Assembly: GCA_039545335.1 (NCBI GenBank)
Contig: BCIN01000008.1
Span: 186,001 to 250,000 of the forward strand
Length of the DNA stretch: 64,000 bases
Reading direction: 5' to 3'
From: Kondoa subrosea
Lineage: Eukaryota
Part shown: positions 1-12,804 of the stretch, in pieces
Position numbering within the stretch: position 1 is the stretch's first letter
How the letters are laid out: the number at the start of each line of letters is the position of its first letter
The notes under the pieces: model-generated
The model's input: only the letters and a program-made list of their open reading frames with translations
The model's database searches: none
Told to the model about the DNA's origin: nothing
Position numbers and translations under genes: made by a program

Positions 1-279
1 TCCAAGTCAGGCGGCTGTTGTATTTCATTAATAAGTTTGCGAAACACTTTGACCAGTTTAATGAATGAATTCCGCACCAATGTGCCCATGTTCAGCTCTT
101 TCACTAATATCCTGTCCGCTATCACAGCAGGTTTATCTCCCTTGTTGAGGGCCTACAGTACAGCCTTGAACGGAAGTCACGGCGCGCCAAATAGAATAGC
201 AACGAACCGTTTCCAGCATTTCTGTAGCTCCATGATAAAAGTCTTTATCAAACTCTGGCCATGTGAAGACGAAGGACAT
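1..279 (-). CDS. MDM34: Mitochondrial distribution and morphology protein 34 (ERMES subunit), 5' part; gene runs off the window start
   Basis: Not in the ORF track. Exons 279-208, 152-78 and 14-1 joined by GT-AG introns give MSFVFTWPEFDKDFYHGATEMLETALNKGDKPAVIADRILVKELNMGTLPPDL, matching the Mdm34 SMP-domain N-terminus (MSFxFxW...ALNKGxKPxIIADxIxVxELxMGxxPPxLE). Confidence 0.88.
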
Positions 280-563
280 TGAGTAGTAGAGCGCCGGCCA
301 AACCAGGAAGGTCCGAGCGAATTGAGCGAGAAATCGAGAAAATCAACAGCCGAATACAAATGTCACAGCATCGGCTTCAGCGAGACAGATGTAGGGCGGC
401 TAAGTATTGTGTGTCGTTAATGTACAGTGCGTAAGCGTTAGGTATAGAGAGCAAGGGTATATGTCACGGTTGAAGAATCAGAAAATTGTGATGACAATGA
501 AACTCAAGATACAACACTAGTATTACCTAAGATACAGTACAGGTACTATTACTACTACCATTC

Positions 564-2995
564 TCAAACCCAATCATCTCTCGCTCCAGCCGGTGTTGGC
601 AAAGCAGGCGAAACCACTGCTGCAGACCGATTGACTTGCTTAGGCCTAGCTCTGAACATCTTCTTCTGATTAGGCGGTCGTGCAGTACCTATTTGACTTT
701 CAGAGTCCAGAGGAGTATAGCAAGAAGTTATTGCAGAAGGAGAAGAATTGACCATAGTATTGAGTTCAGACAATCGAGTTAGACATTCTTGTTCCAACAA
801 TTTCAAGCCCAACCAAGCAGCTTCTTCTCTTAAGTCTTGCAATTGAGAAACGATTGGATGTAAGAGAAGAGCAGATAAGTTTGTGGGTAGATCAGAGAGT
901 TCAAGTTGAACTGAATAGCTTGAGTTGCTACTATCTCTATTTGCATTGCAGTTGCTTGCGAAAGAGAGAGTAGAGGAAACCAACAGGGATCGAGGGAGAG
1001 AACCGGTACGCAAGTAGTGGATGATTGCCTCATATCGGGAAGGGTCGCGCTCAAGAAAGATCTCAACGTATTCATCTAGTTTCTGCGTCGATGAAGAAGA
1101 ATGAGCCATCATCCGAGCTGGAGTTTCGACCAAGTAAGGAGCAGCAATGAGTTGAGGAACTTCTTCGTGAGAGCTGGTCGAAGAAGAGCATGAGAGAGAA
1201 GGAGCCGTTTCTGGTCCCACAGAGGGAAGAGCTCGAGTAGTGATGATACAGCTGAGATCCTTCTTCTGCGGCAGGGAAGCGAGTTGAAAGTCGGATGTCC
1301 AGTCTTCTACACCAGCTTCAGTAGGCAGTTCATCAAAGCCGAGTATGGTAGCTCGAGCACTCTTTGGAGCAATATCCATCGAATCGACTAGTTGAGGCTG
1401 TTGAGCGACTTTGATGCAGAGTGACGGTGACGACATTGCAGTTGAGGGGAAAAGACCAGTCATTTCACCAAAGACCATTTCGTCGTCTATTGAGGTTCGT
1501 CTGGAAGTAGATGCCGTAGCCTGAGCTAAAATCTTTTCTCGAGGTGAATGTTGACCAGGTAAGATGAGAGACGAGTCCAATGTGTCAGACCATTCGTTTG
1601 ACTGTAAACATAGAACCTCTTGAGCTCGATTAAAGAGCGCGAGATGTCCAGCACTAACGATCATATCTGCCTCCGATTGATTCATTCCAAAGTCCGCTCC
1701 CATTTCAGCCTCAGCAATAACCTCCTTCACAAACTGTCCCAGCTTCGACTTCTGGCTCAATAGAGTCTTGACCGGTAGACAAAACCGTTGAAGTCCACCA
1801 CCGCCAACATTGAGAGTGATCAACTTTGATTCTTCCTCGCAATCTTTAGGAAAAGGTAGAGCAGGTCTTAGCAATAAAGCTCTGAATGGAGAGGCTGATG
1901 CGGAAGAGGGTGAAGAAGTAGAGACTTGTTTGCTGACTTTCTGTTTGACTAGAATAGGCGCAGGTTGATTAGCTTTAGGTCTCCTGGAGTTGAGAGGAAA
2001 AGAAGCGCTTGATGGATTAGATATCGAGTCGGAGCTGAAAGAGTCGAAACGCTGTCTCTTGCCTCCATTGTTGGAAGAAGTGTAGTTTGATACTGGACCG
2101 GAAGAACCAGAGGGAACGGATTCGGTTGTGGTCGAGGAGAAGGTGCTGACGAGTTGACGATTGCCAAACAGAGGTAGAGTTGGAGATAATTCAGTCATTT
2201 CGGAAGGAGATCGAACGAAGTTGTGCTGAGAGCGAGAAGAGGAACGAGGCGGGGACGGAAGAGCGTAAGCATTGGCTGAAAGCGGTGCTTTCATAAAATC
2301 TGCTGCTCTGCTGGCCGAACTGCCTGATCGATGGTGAGAAGGTTGAACAGGAGGAGAACGAGCAGGTTCTGAGAAAGCTTTGTCAAAGTCATCTCTTAGA
2401 TCTTCGATAGCTTCTTCGGAACTAATACAATTGTGTTAGCTATTCTTCTAGAAAGTTCCCAATAGATGATGATAGCTTACCTTGATGCCCTGAAGAGCTC
2501 ATCCAAGCGATTGATACGCCGAGCACCAGTGCCCAAAATATCATTTGTTGAACCCATTCGTACTTTGCTAGGCAATTCGTTTGCTTGAGGCGCAGTAATG
2601 GGTAAGACCAGTTGAGGATTTCCAATATCTAATCCCTTAGCCGGCAGATTCTGACTTGAAGAGTATGTTCTAGCTTTGGTTTTGAGCCACTGCCTAATCC
2701 AGAAGAGGAAGATCAGCTGAAATTCCATTCACTAGGCATATTCGACTGACTTTGAATTGTTCTTGAGCGAGTCTGTTGAGAAACGAGAAGAGAGAACCTG
2801 CTCTCTATCTCTGATGGTGACCGTTCGTAGACGATCTTCATTGGAGCTAGAGATGAGGTGGGGCTGTTCGCTGGCTGTGTTGTAATTGCGAGAGCTTGAT
2901 GATGAACTCGACGAGGATGGTGCCGTGGAAAGGAACGAGTCAGTACTAGATGCAGCGTTGCGCAAAGTAGCAAAAGGGTGATTTATGCTGATCAT
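564..2995 (-). CDS. Ser-rich protein with a split BTB/POZ (KCTD/T1-type) domain
   Basis: The 576-aa ORF 2294-564 extends upstream in frame through introns 2480-2422 and ~2750-2694 to ATG 2995 (MISINHPF). It contains BTB motifs LITLNVGG, IFLERDPSRYEAIIHYLRTGSLP and LREEAAWLGL. Confidence 0.75.
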
Positions 2996-3289
2996 CTTTG
3001 CTTGAGCGAGTATAGTGTCTGAAAAAGAGAACAAGATGAGATTTTGCGCAAGTTGTATCAGCACCGAGACAATGGCAAAGCGAGGTCTTTTGGTATATCT
3101 GTGCGTTTGTTGTATGAAAACAATGGACCAATGTCAAGGAGAAGTGGAAAGCATGGCTCATAGCGCAAGATAGAAGCATGGTAGGAGCGTGCTGCAGCAT
3201 CATAGCATAGCCAGACAGCTCGATATGGCTCGCCAGAGAATTTCGAGCATGCGGCCCTTTGTTTGAGAATAACGAATAGCCTTGAAGAC

Positions 3290-3701
3290 ATGAGCAACAG
3301 AGTGACAATCACTGCAGACGCAGGTCCATCATAGTGAGTTGTATGTAGCCAGCCAATTGAGGACACAGTATCGACGCTCTGGTCTTAGCAATGCTGTCCT
3401 CTTCAAACTCTGCCTTTTCACGATTTGTGTCGCTGTGGCACCCATTTCGGCTTACTTCTTGTCGTTGAAGTACTATTTCGATGGTATGTCTTCGATGTAC
3501 ACGACTTGCAAACTCATAGCTGATCGGTCGATGGCAGACAACAATCAAAATGGCGCAGCAATTACAGCGGCTGTCGTAGCCAATCTTATCCTTCTTACCT
3601 ATGTCATCGTAGCGCTCGTAGAAGATCAGAAGTCACCCTCGTCTGGAATTCAAGCAGTGCAGAAGAAGGCAGATCCAAAAGTACAGAAAAAGGACTTGTG
3701 A
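3290..3701 (+). CDS. VMA21: Vacuolar ATPase assembly integral membrane protein Vma21
   Basis: ATG 3290; introns ~3334-3389 and 3484-3537. Two hydrophobic helices (VLFKLCLFTICVAVAPISAYFL; AAITAAVVANLILLTYVIVALVED) and a C-terminal KKxx ER-retrieval signal (KKDL). Confidence 0.85.
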
Positions 3702-4151
3702 ATGCAATGCCACTTCGTTCCCTTACTCTTCGCCCTTTCTTCAGCGATCTCATGCCGTCACCGTCATCAGATTGTCACTCCTTAAGCATTCCTTCTGCAT
3801 CAATCGATTAACATTACGCATCAATAGGGTCGGGTATACTCACAACACCAAAACACATGTGTTCAATAGCAGTCTCCTCGGAGGCAAAGTCGCGATCTCT
3901 ATATCGAGGAAAGGGATATCATTTGAGTGGCTGTGTGTCCGAGTTTGACGTATGGAGATATTGACGGGGTGTGATATACACTAGTGGAAGCGTTAACCGA
4001 ATGAGGAATACTAGAACCAAGTGAATTTCAGTATCAGAGCATAGCATGCAAAGTAGTTGATTGACTTTGTAGTTGTGAGTTTCCTGATCTACTCGACTTG
4101 ACTTTGATTTAGCTTGCAGCTTGTTTCCTTGCTTGAGATTATCCGGAGAAG

Positions 4152-5048
4152 CTATTGAGAGAGAAGAGACTCTTCAAATTGTGCGTCTCGGAAGGTGCGA
4201 CTGCTATTGAGCTACGTCAAGCTGGTATATTACTTGTTATCAGAAGCTCACCTTTGAATTTGGATTCGAAGGAAGCGCTCGACCATAGCCATAGTAGAGA
4301 AATAAGCCAAGGAGGAAGAGCACTGCTAGGACTACGTAGCAGGACTTGGTCAGAAAAGCTGAATGAACAAAATCAGCGCATAGCGAAGACAAACTTGAGT
4401 CGATATTACCTTCGAGATCATGCTTCAGAACTGCTATACGCGCTGCATCTTCTCGAAGAGCAGTCAGTTCAGGGAGCAGCTTCTCCGTAATCTGCTGTCT
4501 TTTAAGAATGGGTAGAGACAGCAAATAAATCAAAGACTTACTTCCTTATAGGATTCATCCATAGCCGCTTGAGCTGTATCTATTTCTGAGCAAGCTTTAT
4601 CGAAGTTCTTGCTCGATTCAGCCTCGAAGTCTTCAGTTTGCGATGAGTAGTTCTTATATGCCAGATTCACATCTCGGTGAGCGTCGTTCAGGCGATTACT
4701 CAGTTCCTATGAATAACAGTCAGATCCACTTTACTTGTAAGAAGAAGAGACATACCGATGCTTCATTGTCATTCGCTCGTAAACTAGTTAACAGCTTGTC
4801 CCAGTTCCGCCGATGCTGGTCTATCGATACCTGTGTCTATGATATCAGTGCTGAGATACCATGCACCCGTGATGACAAGGACGGACCTCTCGAGCTGATA
4901 TCTCATCTTCGAGATTCGAACATTGATACAAGACATTCACACATTTGCCTTGCAACGAGTCTTCTGGGAAATATTCGTCCTCGTATGAGCCGCTGGAGAT
5001 TGAGGAAGGCCACCCGTCGCGAGCAGCTTGGCCTGAGGAATCGTTCAT
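4152..5048 (-). CDS. Hypothetical coiled-coil protein with one C-terminal transmembrane helix
   Basis: Phase-consistent chain of short exons (donors GTCCGT, GTATGT, GTAAGT, GTAATA, GTGAGC) encoding a helical segment ELSNRLNDAHRDVNLAYKNY...ELTALREDAARIAVLKHDLE, then CYVVLAVLFLLGLFLYYGYG. Start and last exon are uncertain. Confidence 0.5.
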
Positions 5049-5414
5049 GGGCAAGATCAAGAGGTGCAAACTATTCGAAGCTCTGCCATTGAGTGCTATC
5101 CAGAATGGCTCTGCAGTACCTTCGACGAGTGCAGGACAATCGTCAGCTGGAAGTCTTTCACAGCAAATCCTGGGCTGTACAGGCTCGAATAGCTCTTTAT
5201 GACATTCCGCTGTTCCCCAAAATTGCAGAGTGCTGACTGAAATTAGCTCGTCTATGAAGCCCCTGGTTACATTGGTAGTGGTATAGCAAGTCTCCTGGTA
5301 TTGGCTTCGAGCAAGATTCAAATGTTTTCTCTGCTGTTCCCTTTGACAACCCTGGGTTCTGAGTCAGCTATTCGCGTGGATCTCTGCTCATTCTATTACG
5401 TTACCCGATCAAAT

Positions 5415-7146
5415 ATGTCCCGTAATGCTCAAGCTCCGTCTGCAGCAATCGCCGCCATCCTAAATAAGAAACCTATTATCAGACCAACAGAGAAGCTGGT
5501 TTCCATGAACTCGAATGGTCCATCGCAGGTTCTTGATCCAGCTGCCCATAAGAAAGCGGCAGAAGAAGCTACCCAAGAAATCAAACGCTTAGATCGACGA
5601 ATGCAAGCTGCCACTGCAGGCTATGTCGCTCAAGATAAGACTTTAATACAGAAAGCTCTGTCAGATGTCATGAGTAGAATAGAAGAAATCTTCAAGGAGG
5701 CAGTGGAGGACAGGAAGGCTCCTCAGAATGCAGTGAGCTATTGTCTATCCCTTGTTTTGCTGGCTCTTCTGAATCTGGCTGGCAGAATTCTCACCATCAG
5801 CACATACTCAAGATCAATGAGCTTTTCAATCAGCTGGATCATGGTCGTGCTCTGTATGCCTTAGAGAGTTCTCACACCCTTGATTGGCCCGAAAAGCTAA
5901 AAAACGCTATTCTTGCGTTTCGTAAAGAGCTGAACGAGTCAGATGTAAGACATTCTCATCTCGACACGTGTCTTAAAGATATAGCGGAGATTCGGAACAT
6001 TGCAGAACAAGTATGTGTTTACCGACTTTATCGCACTCTGGCTCTCAGCAGTGGTCGAAAGAGCTGAAATTCTCATACTTGGCGAACAAAGAAGTGAGGA
6101 TCAAGGCACATCTGCAAGCCATGTTGCAAGAGATAGTGCAGGATACGCTGTACTCGCAAGCTGGCGAACAAACAAAGACTGAAATGCTCATGGTCGAAGT
6201 TATTGAGATGCTGAACCTGCTCCGAAACGTTCCAAAGGAGTACGCTCCAATGAAGGTGAGCCTCTTTAATGAGTATGTTCTGCTAGCAATTCAGTATTCT
6301 TCCGAAGCATTTGGAATTCCTTCATCGGCTATTGCAAGGTTCATATGAATCCTGTGGACAGATATACTTGATCCTCTGGGAAATCTCCAAATGTTACAAA
6401 TCCCAGATCCCCCTTGTCCTGTGTCGATTGCATTCAGAAAATCTACTCTGCACTCCCACCGTTTCTTAGCAATCTTGTTTGCGAGTCGAATGACCTAAGA
6501 AATTGCCAACTCACAATCTTCAACGAGTGGCATGATGAGCACACGATGTGGAAAAACGAACATGATTTGCTACAAACAGAACATCGCAGAAACGCCCTTA
6601 TCAATTTCGTTCTGTATTTCGGTCGTACCGCAGAGGAACTCTTCAGACAGGGAATGTGGAAGAGAAACGCTAAAGAAGGCAGCAGCCATGGCTCGCGCTT
6701 TCGATATCAACCATACGAGCAAGCGATGAAAACACGAAAGAATCAGACTGTGAATTACTCTGACGCAAATCTACACCTCAGGCCTCGCTTGGGTGTACTT
6801 CATCGCTTAAGCCAGCGTTTGGGACTTTGTACCTGGTCGGCAGTGGATATGAACTTGAAGCCCGAACTAAAATGTCTCCTGGACATCTGTGAATCCACCG
6901 CTGACGCCGTATCGCAGTTTCTAGCTGCTGTGCTCGCAAATCATCCTATCAACGAAGTCAAACCTAGGGTTTTGAAGCTGCTCGATGATTTGGTCAGTGC
7001 AAGTGCCCGAAGTTTGATTGCTCATACTAATTCATTTTGCTTCACAGGGCAAGCTACTCGATAAGCTAGAGCGTGGTCAAACTATGCACGACCTCGAACA
7101 CTTCAAGAACTACTATGATCCAGCTAATGTTTCACAGCAGCCATGA
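5415..7146 (+). CDS. Hypothetical, predominantly alpha-helical protein
   Basis: Successive ORFs (5301-5864, 5741-6067, 6013-6348, 6414-7064) are linked by GT-AG introns. Last exon GKLLDKLERGQ...VSQQP stops at 7146. No family recognised. Confidence 0.6.
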
Positions 7147-7353
7147 AGTTAGAATCGCTAGTAGTAGTTCGGACGGGACATTGCATTGTACATAGCAAAC
7201 ATACACTTTCTCTTCTTGCATCAGTCTAGTTTAACTCAGACTGTGATCCTGGCTCTCCGCATAATTGTTGACGTTGTACAATTCACTGAGGCTTGCCCAA
7301 AACAATCACTTACGACCATCGCTCCCAGCATACTTGCCAACCTCTAGATAGCA

Positions 7354-10300
7354 ATGTCTGTGTTGCTGTAAGCAAGGAAGCCTGCCTGATCAGCTCGATT
7401 GCTGAATTTGGTCTTACAGAGCGCTATGCAAGGCCGAATATGACTATGCTGCCTCTACTGTGCGGTAGCTTTGCCTGTAGCTCCTAAATTAGCTCACGGT
7501 CATTCACAGGACGAGGAGCTTACGATAGAAGAGAATCAGCTGCTTTATGTGCTCGAAAACGATGACCCAGAGTAAGACCTATCCTATTCCTTGCCTTTGC
7601 ATGATTAATCGCTCGTAATAGGTGGTGGAAAGTCAAAGTGAAAGCTCCGGCAGGCGAGTACGATGAGAATGCGCCAACAGGTCTGGTTCCAGCAAGTTAC
7701 TTGGTCCCCGTCGAACCGCTCAAACAAGTCAAGGCTTCCTATGCTTATGATCCGCAAACTGAAGAGGAACTGGCTGTAGATGAGGATGAGGACGTTTACC
7801 TCTATGAGACTTCACCGGATTGGGTATTAGTGGGCAAAACTGCTGGACATGGCGTTGGTTATATACCAGCTGCTTGGATTGAGGTATGTCAACGTACTGG
7901 CTGCTAGCATATAGCTCAATCGGCTCCTATGACTTACAGGAAGCGCAGGCAGAAACATACGAAGAAGCTGAAGAAGTAAGTTGCTTGCTCAAAGGATCCT
8001 CTGTTAGGAACTAAATAGCCGCAGCAATACGAACCACCTCAGGTTATATCTGCTCCTCCGCCTCCTGCACCAGCACCTCCACCAGCGCCAGCTGCACCTG
8101 CTTTCTTACCTCCTCCAACGCGCACAGTCGCTCCCACTATATCTCACGTCAAACCTTCAGGCGAAGTCAAAACGTTCAATGTTTCATTACTCGACAAGAA
8201 AAAGAACAAAAAGAAGGGAACTTTGGGCATCAGTTCCGATTCAATCTTTTTCGCTTCCGATTCCGATAAAACGCCAGTCCAGCAATATTCCATATCAGAC
8301 ATTGAAGATTACTCAGCTGACAAGAGTAAAATGATTGTCGTTACTATGAGAGATGAAGAAGTCTTGTCTTTTGCTACTGGCAGTAAAGAACTGGTTGAGG
8401 AAATTGCGGATGCTTTGGAAGAAGCTAGATCAACTTCTGCTGGATCTTCAATGAGGAAAATTGGTGGAACTCCTTCGCCTGCTCCTGCTATACGAGCACC
8501 TTCGGTTCAAGATAGACCTGCTGTAATGCAATATGATTTTACAGGAGAAGCTGAGGGAGAATTAAGTGTACAAGAAGGGGAAAGAGTGACGATTCTGGAT
8601 GACAAAGACGAAGATTGGTGGATGGTTAGAAGTATCTCAGGGAGAGAAGGGCTAGTTCCAGCTTCCTATGTCGAGGTAGTGTGCAGGTCTACTACTGTAA
8701 GGCGACGAGCTGATTCAGTGCACAGCCGGACGATACTTCAGCAATGCAAGAAACCTCTTCCTCAAGTGCTGCGTACTCACATGATCGTGACTCGCACAAC
8801 GATAAATCAGATCAAATCCGGTCAGACGAAGAACATGCTCGAGCCTTACAAGCAGCAGAAAGGCGAGCAGCGAGGGAAGAAGCAGACCAAAGAGCAATGC
8901 GAGAAGCTCAAGGGATCAGAAACGTCAGCTTCAACCCTTCTCCACCTCCTCAACCTGCTCGCAAAAAGGACAAGAGACAAAGTGATGTACCTCCTCCTGC
9001 TCCTATTCCAGTACCCACTCCTGCTTCTGATGAACGGTATCGTGATCGAGATCGTGAAAGGGACAGAGAAAGTCGGGACCGAGAAAGAGAGAGAGATAGT
9101 CGGCATAAGAAGAGTAGGGATCAAGCGTCAGACAGTACTCGTCGTTCTAGTGAGTTGGAGAAAGTATCATTGCGATGCGAATCGCTGAGAAGCTTTCTCC
9201 TCTACAGAACCGAATTCTGCAAAAGTCCGCGAATGGAAAGACAGAACAGGTCAATTCAAAGTTGAAGCTGAATTTCTCGGTATTGCGCATAAGAAGATCC
9301 GGCTACATAAAACAAACGGAGTCATTATTGAAGTACCAATTGAGAAGATGTCGGGCGATGATCTAGCCTATCTCTTCAAAGTCACCGGAACTCATTATGG
9401 CCCTGGACCAGCACCTTCGGCTGATAATGGAGATGATACACCGCTGGCGGATGTACGAAAAGACAAACAACGGTCATCTCGGTCCGAAGCGCGAGCAGCA
9501 CAAGAAAAGGCTGAGATGGAAGCTGCGATCAAGGCATCCCAAGCCGATGGCAAACCGAAGAAGCCCAGTGTAGACTGGTTCGACTTCTTCCTCAATGCTG
9601 GCTGCGACATTGATGATTGCACTCGCTACTCCAACAACTTCAATCGGGATCGCATCGATGAAGAGATTTTACCTGATCTAGAAGGTTCTACGCTTCGCAG
9701 TCTCGGTTTGAAGGAGGGCGATGTCATTCGTGTACGCAAAGCGATCAAGCAGAAATATGGAAGCTCGGCCGTTGATGTACAAAACGATGAAAGTCTTGCG
9801 AAGAAAATGGCAGAAATGGACACCGCTGCCAACAACTCGGCTGGTGGATCTCTCTTCACTGGGCCATCCGGTGGGCTGAAGACAACCAGAAGAGGCCGAC
9901 CTGCACCTTCTCGTGGTCAGTCCGCGGTATCTGCAGATGCTCTTACGGCGGCTTCAGATCAACTATCAAATCGTGGCACCCCTGATATACTAAGTCAGTC
10001 ACCTCCCACAAAACGCTCCAGTTCTACTGTACCGATGGCGAGTGGTTTTGATGATGATGCTTGGACCGTTAAATCAAGCGCCAGCACACCCGCTCCACCG
10101 GAAGCTCCTTCTCTGCTCGAGTCGAACGCTGTTCAGCGGCCCAAATCAGCTGCTGCACCGTCCAAGGAAGACTTGACCGAGACCATACTTGCTGGTATGG
10201 GTATAACAAACCGGCCACCTTCGGCTCCGGTTCAGAGGCAACAGACAACTCCTCAGCCTGTTGCTCCTCAGCCTACATCTGGCCCTCCTTTACAATACTA

Positions 10301-11307
10301 CGATCCTAATGCTCCACGCGGACCTGTCGCGCCAGTCGCTTACAATGCTCCCCTTCTCAATCCCCTCATTCCCACTCAGACGGGTTTCTCTGGTTTTGTG
10401 CCTACTCGACCGAATGCATTCGGAGGTATGCCGATGTCGAGTCAGCCTACCGGTTTCATGGGCAGTCAACCCTCCTTGCAACAAGCAAGTATGGCACCCA
10501 TGCAGACGGGCTTCAATCCTGGTATGATGAGCCAGCCAACGGGCATGTCAAACATGATGCCTCAAAGCACTGGCTTCATGCCTCAGCAGAACATGATGCC
10601 GCAACAAACCGGTATGATGACTCAGCAGGCTGGAATGATGCCTCAGCAAACAGGCATGTTCAACGGCATGGCTTCTTCAAATTCGCCCGTACCTTTCCAA
10701 ACTCAACCTGCTCAACAGCAGACAATGCAGCAACAGCAAACACAATCTACTCCTGTGGATAAATTCACTCCCGGCAATGTTTTCGCAAGCATGAAGACTG
10801 GAACTCTGCATCAAGAGTAAGTTGGATCTTTTTCTCTAACACCTCTACTGACCCAAATTATCTAGTCAAAACGCCATGTCGCAACCTCAACAGAAATATG
10901 ATGCTTTAAGACCTCAACAGACTGGCTTTGGTGAGTTTCGTGGTCTTAACAAGTCTATGTCATATTGACTCGATATGTCAGCTGGCTTCCAACAAGGTCC
11001 GCAGCAACAGCAAGCTCCTCTTATGCCACAAGTGACAGGTGAGTTGGGAAAGTTAGTGACATAAGCCGAGGCTAAATTGTTACAGGCTTCGCTCCTATGT
11101 CAATGGCCCCGCCACCTCAGCAGCCTCAGTTCGGTCAAATGCCAATGCAGATGACAGGTCAAATGACCGGTATGAACGGAATGAACGGCATGAACGGAAT
11201 GGGCATGAATGGCTTTGGCGGTTATCAGCAGCAACCCTATCGCCAGGTAAGTTTTAAGTGTTTGTATATCCTATATGCTCCTCTGCTGACATTGCTTTCA
11301 GTTCTAA
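7354..11307 (+). CDS. SLA1: Actin cytoskeleton-regulatory complex protein Sla1 (endocytic adaptor)
   Basis: Three SH3 domains (WWKVK..GLVPASY; AYDPQTEEEL..DWVLV..GYIPAAW; YDFTGEAEGELSV..DWWMV..GLVPASY). SHD1 (EWKDRTGQFKVEAEFLG..KIRLHKTNGVIIEVPIEKMSGDDLAYL), SHD2 (DWFDFFLNAGCDIDDCTRYS..LGLKEGDVIRV) and C-terminal QxTG repeats. Confidence 0.95.
10370..11175 (+). repeat. Sla1 C-terminal [M/L]xxQxTG peptide repeats (Ark1/Prk1-type phosphorylation-site repeats)
   Basis: Translation shows PTQTG, SSQPTG, PMQTG, MMSQPTG, MMPQSTG, MMPQQTG x2, LRPQQTG, LMPQVTG and MQMTG. Confidence 0.8.
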
Positions 11308-11388
11308 GTGACCTTCAGAAGAATTGGACTGTAGAAAGATGTACAGAATTATAGTCTCGAAACAAGGCAAAATGAATTTGTTGTAATG

Positions 11389-12603
11389 CTAGGATTGCAA
11401 ACGACTTGGATCCCATCTGAAGTGTGCCGTGACCAGCCAGCTGTTCTTTTCACTTTGTGTCTTGAAGCATGTCTCAGCTGAAATAGCCGGGCTTTCTTTG
11501 TATCAAGCTCACCTCTAGTACTGTATCATCTGTGAAAGCTCTCTCCTCTCCTCTGACGTTCCTCTCTACAGGTTGTTCTACCCAACACAGGCCGTTCCGT
11601 TTGCATCGATCCATAAACCGAACAACAATCTCTCTGCCTGTCATGAAAGCATCAGCACTTTTCCCCCGAAGAATCTGATAACTGACCAGTGTGGAAGCCA
11701 GCAACCACTATGAACCGGGCATCTGCCGTTTTCGCAAGTAGTCGTATTACACTTTTTACTAACGCTTCATGACCGAATTCAGACCACAGACAATCTGCTG
11801 ATATTATTCGTGTGAAGCTTGGTGAGATACTATTAGGTGATATTGAGCTCATGTATAGAATAGCGAAAGGATAGACTGACTCTTGTATATCGTCTAAAGA
11901 AACAGCGTTTCCCCAAGTATGCCCAAGAACTCGACATCGTTTGCGCTGTTCTTCCGCCAATGTTGAATTGACGTTGCTCTGAATAGTGACTATTAATTTA
12001 GGTTCCTCATAATCCGTAACCACTGCCTGAAATCCGGATCAGCTCAAATGTCTGAGCAGAATATATATCGGGTGCCTACAAGTTTCGCTCCGTGTAGTGC
12101 AGCTAATATGGATGGTAGACCTGTGCCTGCTCCTAATTCCAGAATAGTCTGATTCTGTACGTCAAGCTCGCCTACACAATTTAGCGAGAATACAATCAAT
12201 GCGGAACGGCAGCTCACCTCGTTCAATGTAGCTCGCCATGACTAGCGATGCCCGCCAAAGATGATGAGCGAAGAGCGTATGTACTTCCTGACTTGGTACA
12301 CGGATCTTCAATGCTACGGAAGTGAAAGACCACTAGGATGAGACATGGACAAAGATCAAATAAATTGATACACACGACCATGATGAAGGCTTTTATAGGT
12401 GAATTCACCACCCGGAGAACACAAAGCAGGCTGAACATCTTCGCATGACAGTCATTGAGAATTTCACAACGAAACAAAACAAATAACGAACGACCAAACA
12501 GAGTACCTAGAGAATCTTCGAATAGCGATGCATCATCGTTTTCTACTGTGAAATCAACCTGGCAGTCCATTGATGTTGAAGAAGAGGCAATCGGAAATTC
12601 CAT
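11389..12603 (-). CDS. Seven-beta-strand protein methyltransferase, Efm7/Nnt1-like (methyltransferase family 16)
   Basis: SAM motif I TILELGAGTGLPSI, VVTDYEEPKL, VLGHTWG, IISADCLW and VVAGFHTG across spliced exons. Predicted last exon ...KNSWLVTAHFRWDPSRLQS stops at 11389. Confidence 0.85.
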
Positions 12604-12804
12604 GCTTTTATGTCTGTCGACGCGTCAATGCTGTCTGCGGCTTGTGTCTGGAGTACACAGTAACACAATTACTCTACTGCTGCTCGTTTAGCTCCGATAT
12701 GAGTCCTTTTCTTGTCCGCTTAATTACACCTTAAGGCCTTCTGCCCATTGTTCCATTTTCATTGAGCGCCGCGAACACCTGGCTTGCTCCTCAACGCACT
12801 CGTT

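Noticed and set aside
7884..8680. Introns at the same position after the second and third SH3 domains of SLA1 (WIE|GT, YVE|GT)
   Set aside because: GAG|GT is a favoured proto-splice context, which is too weak to claim exon duplication.
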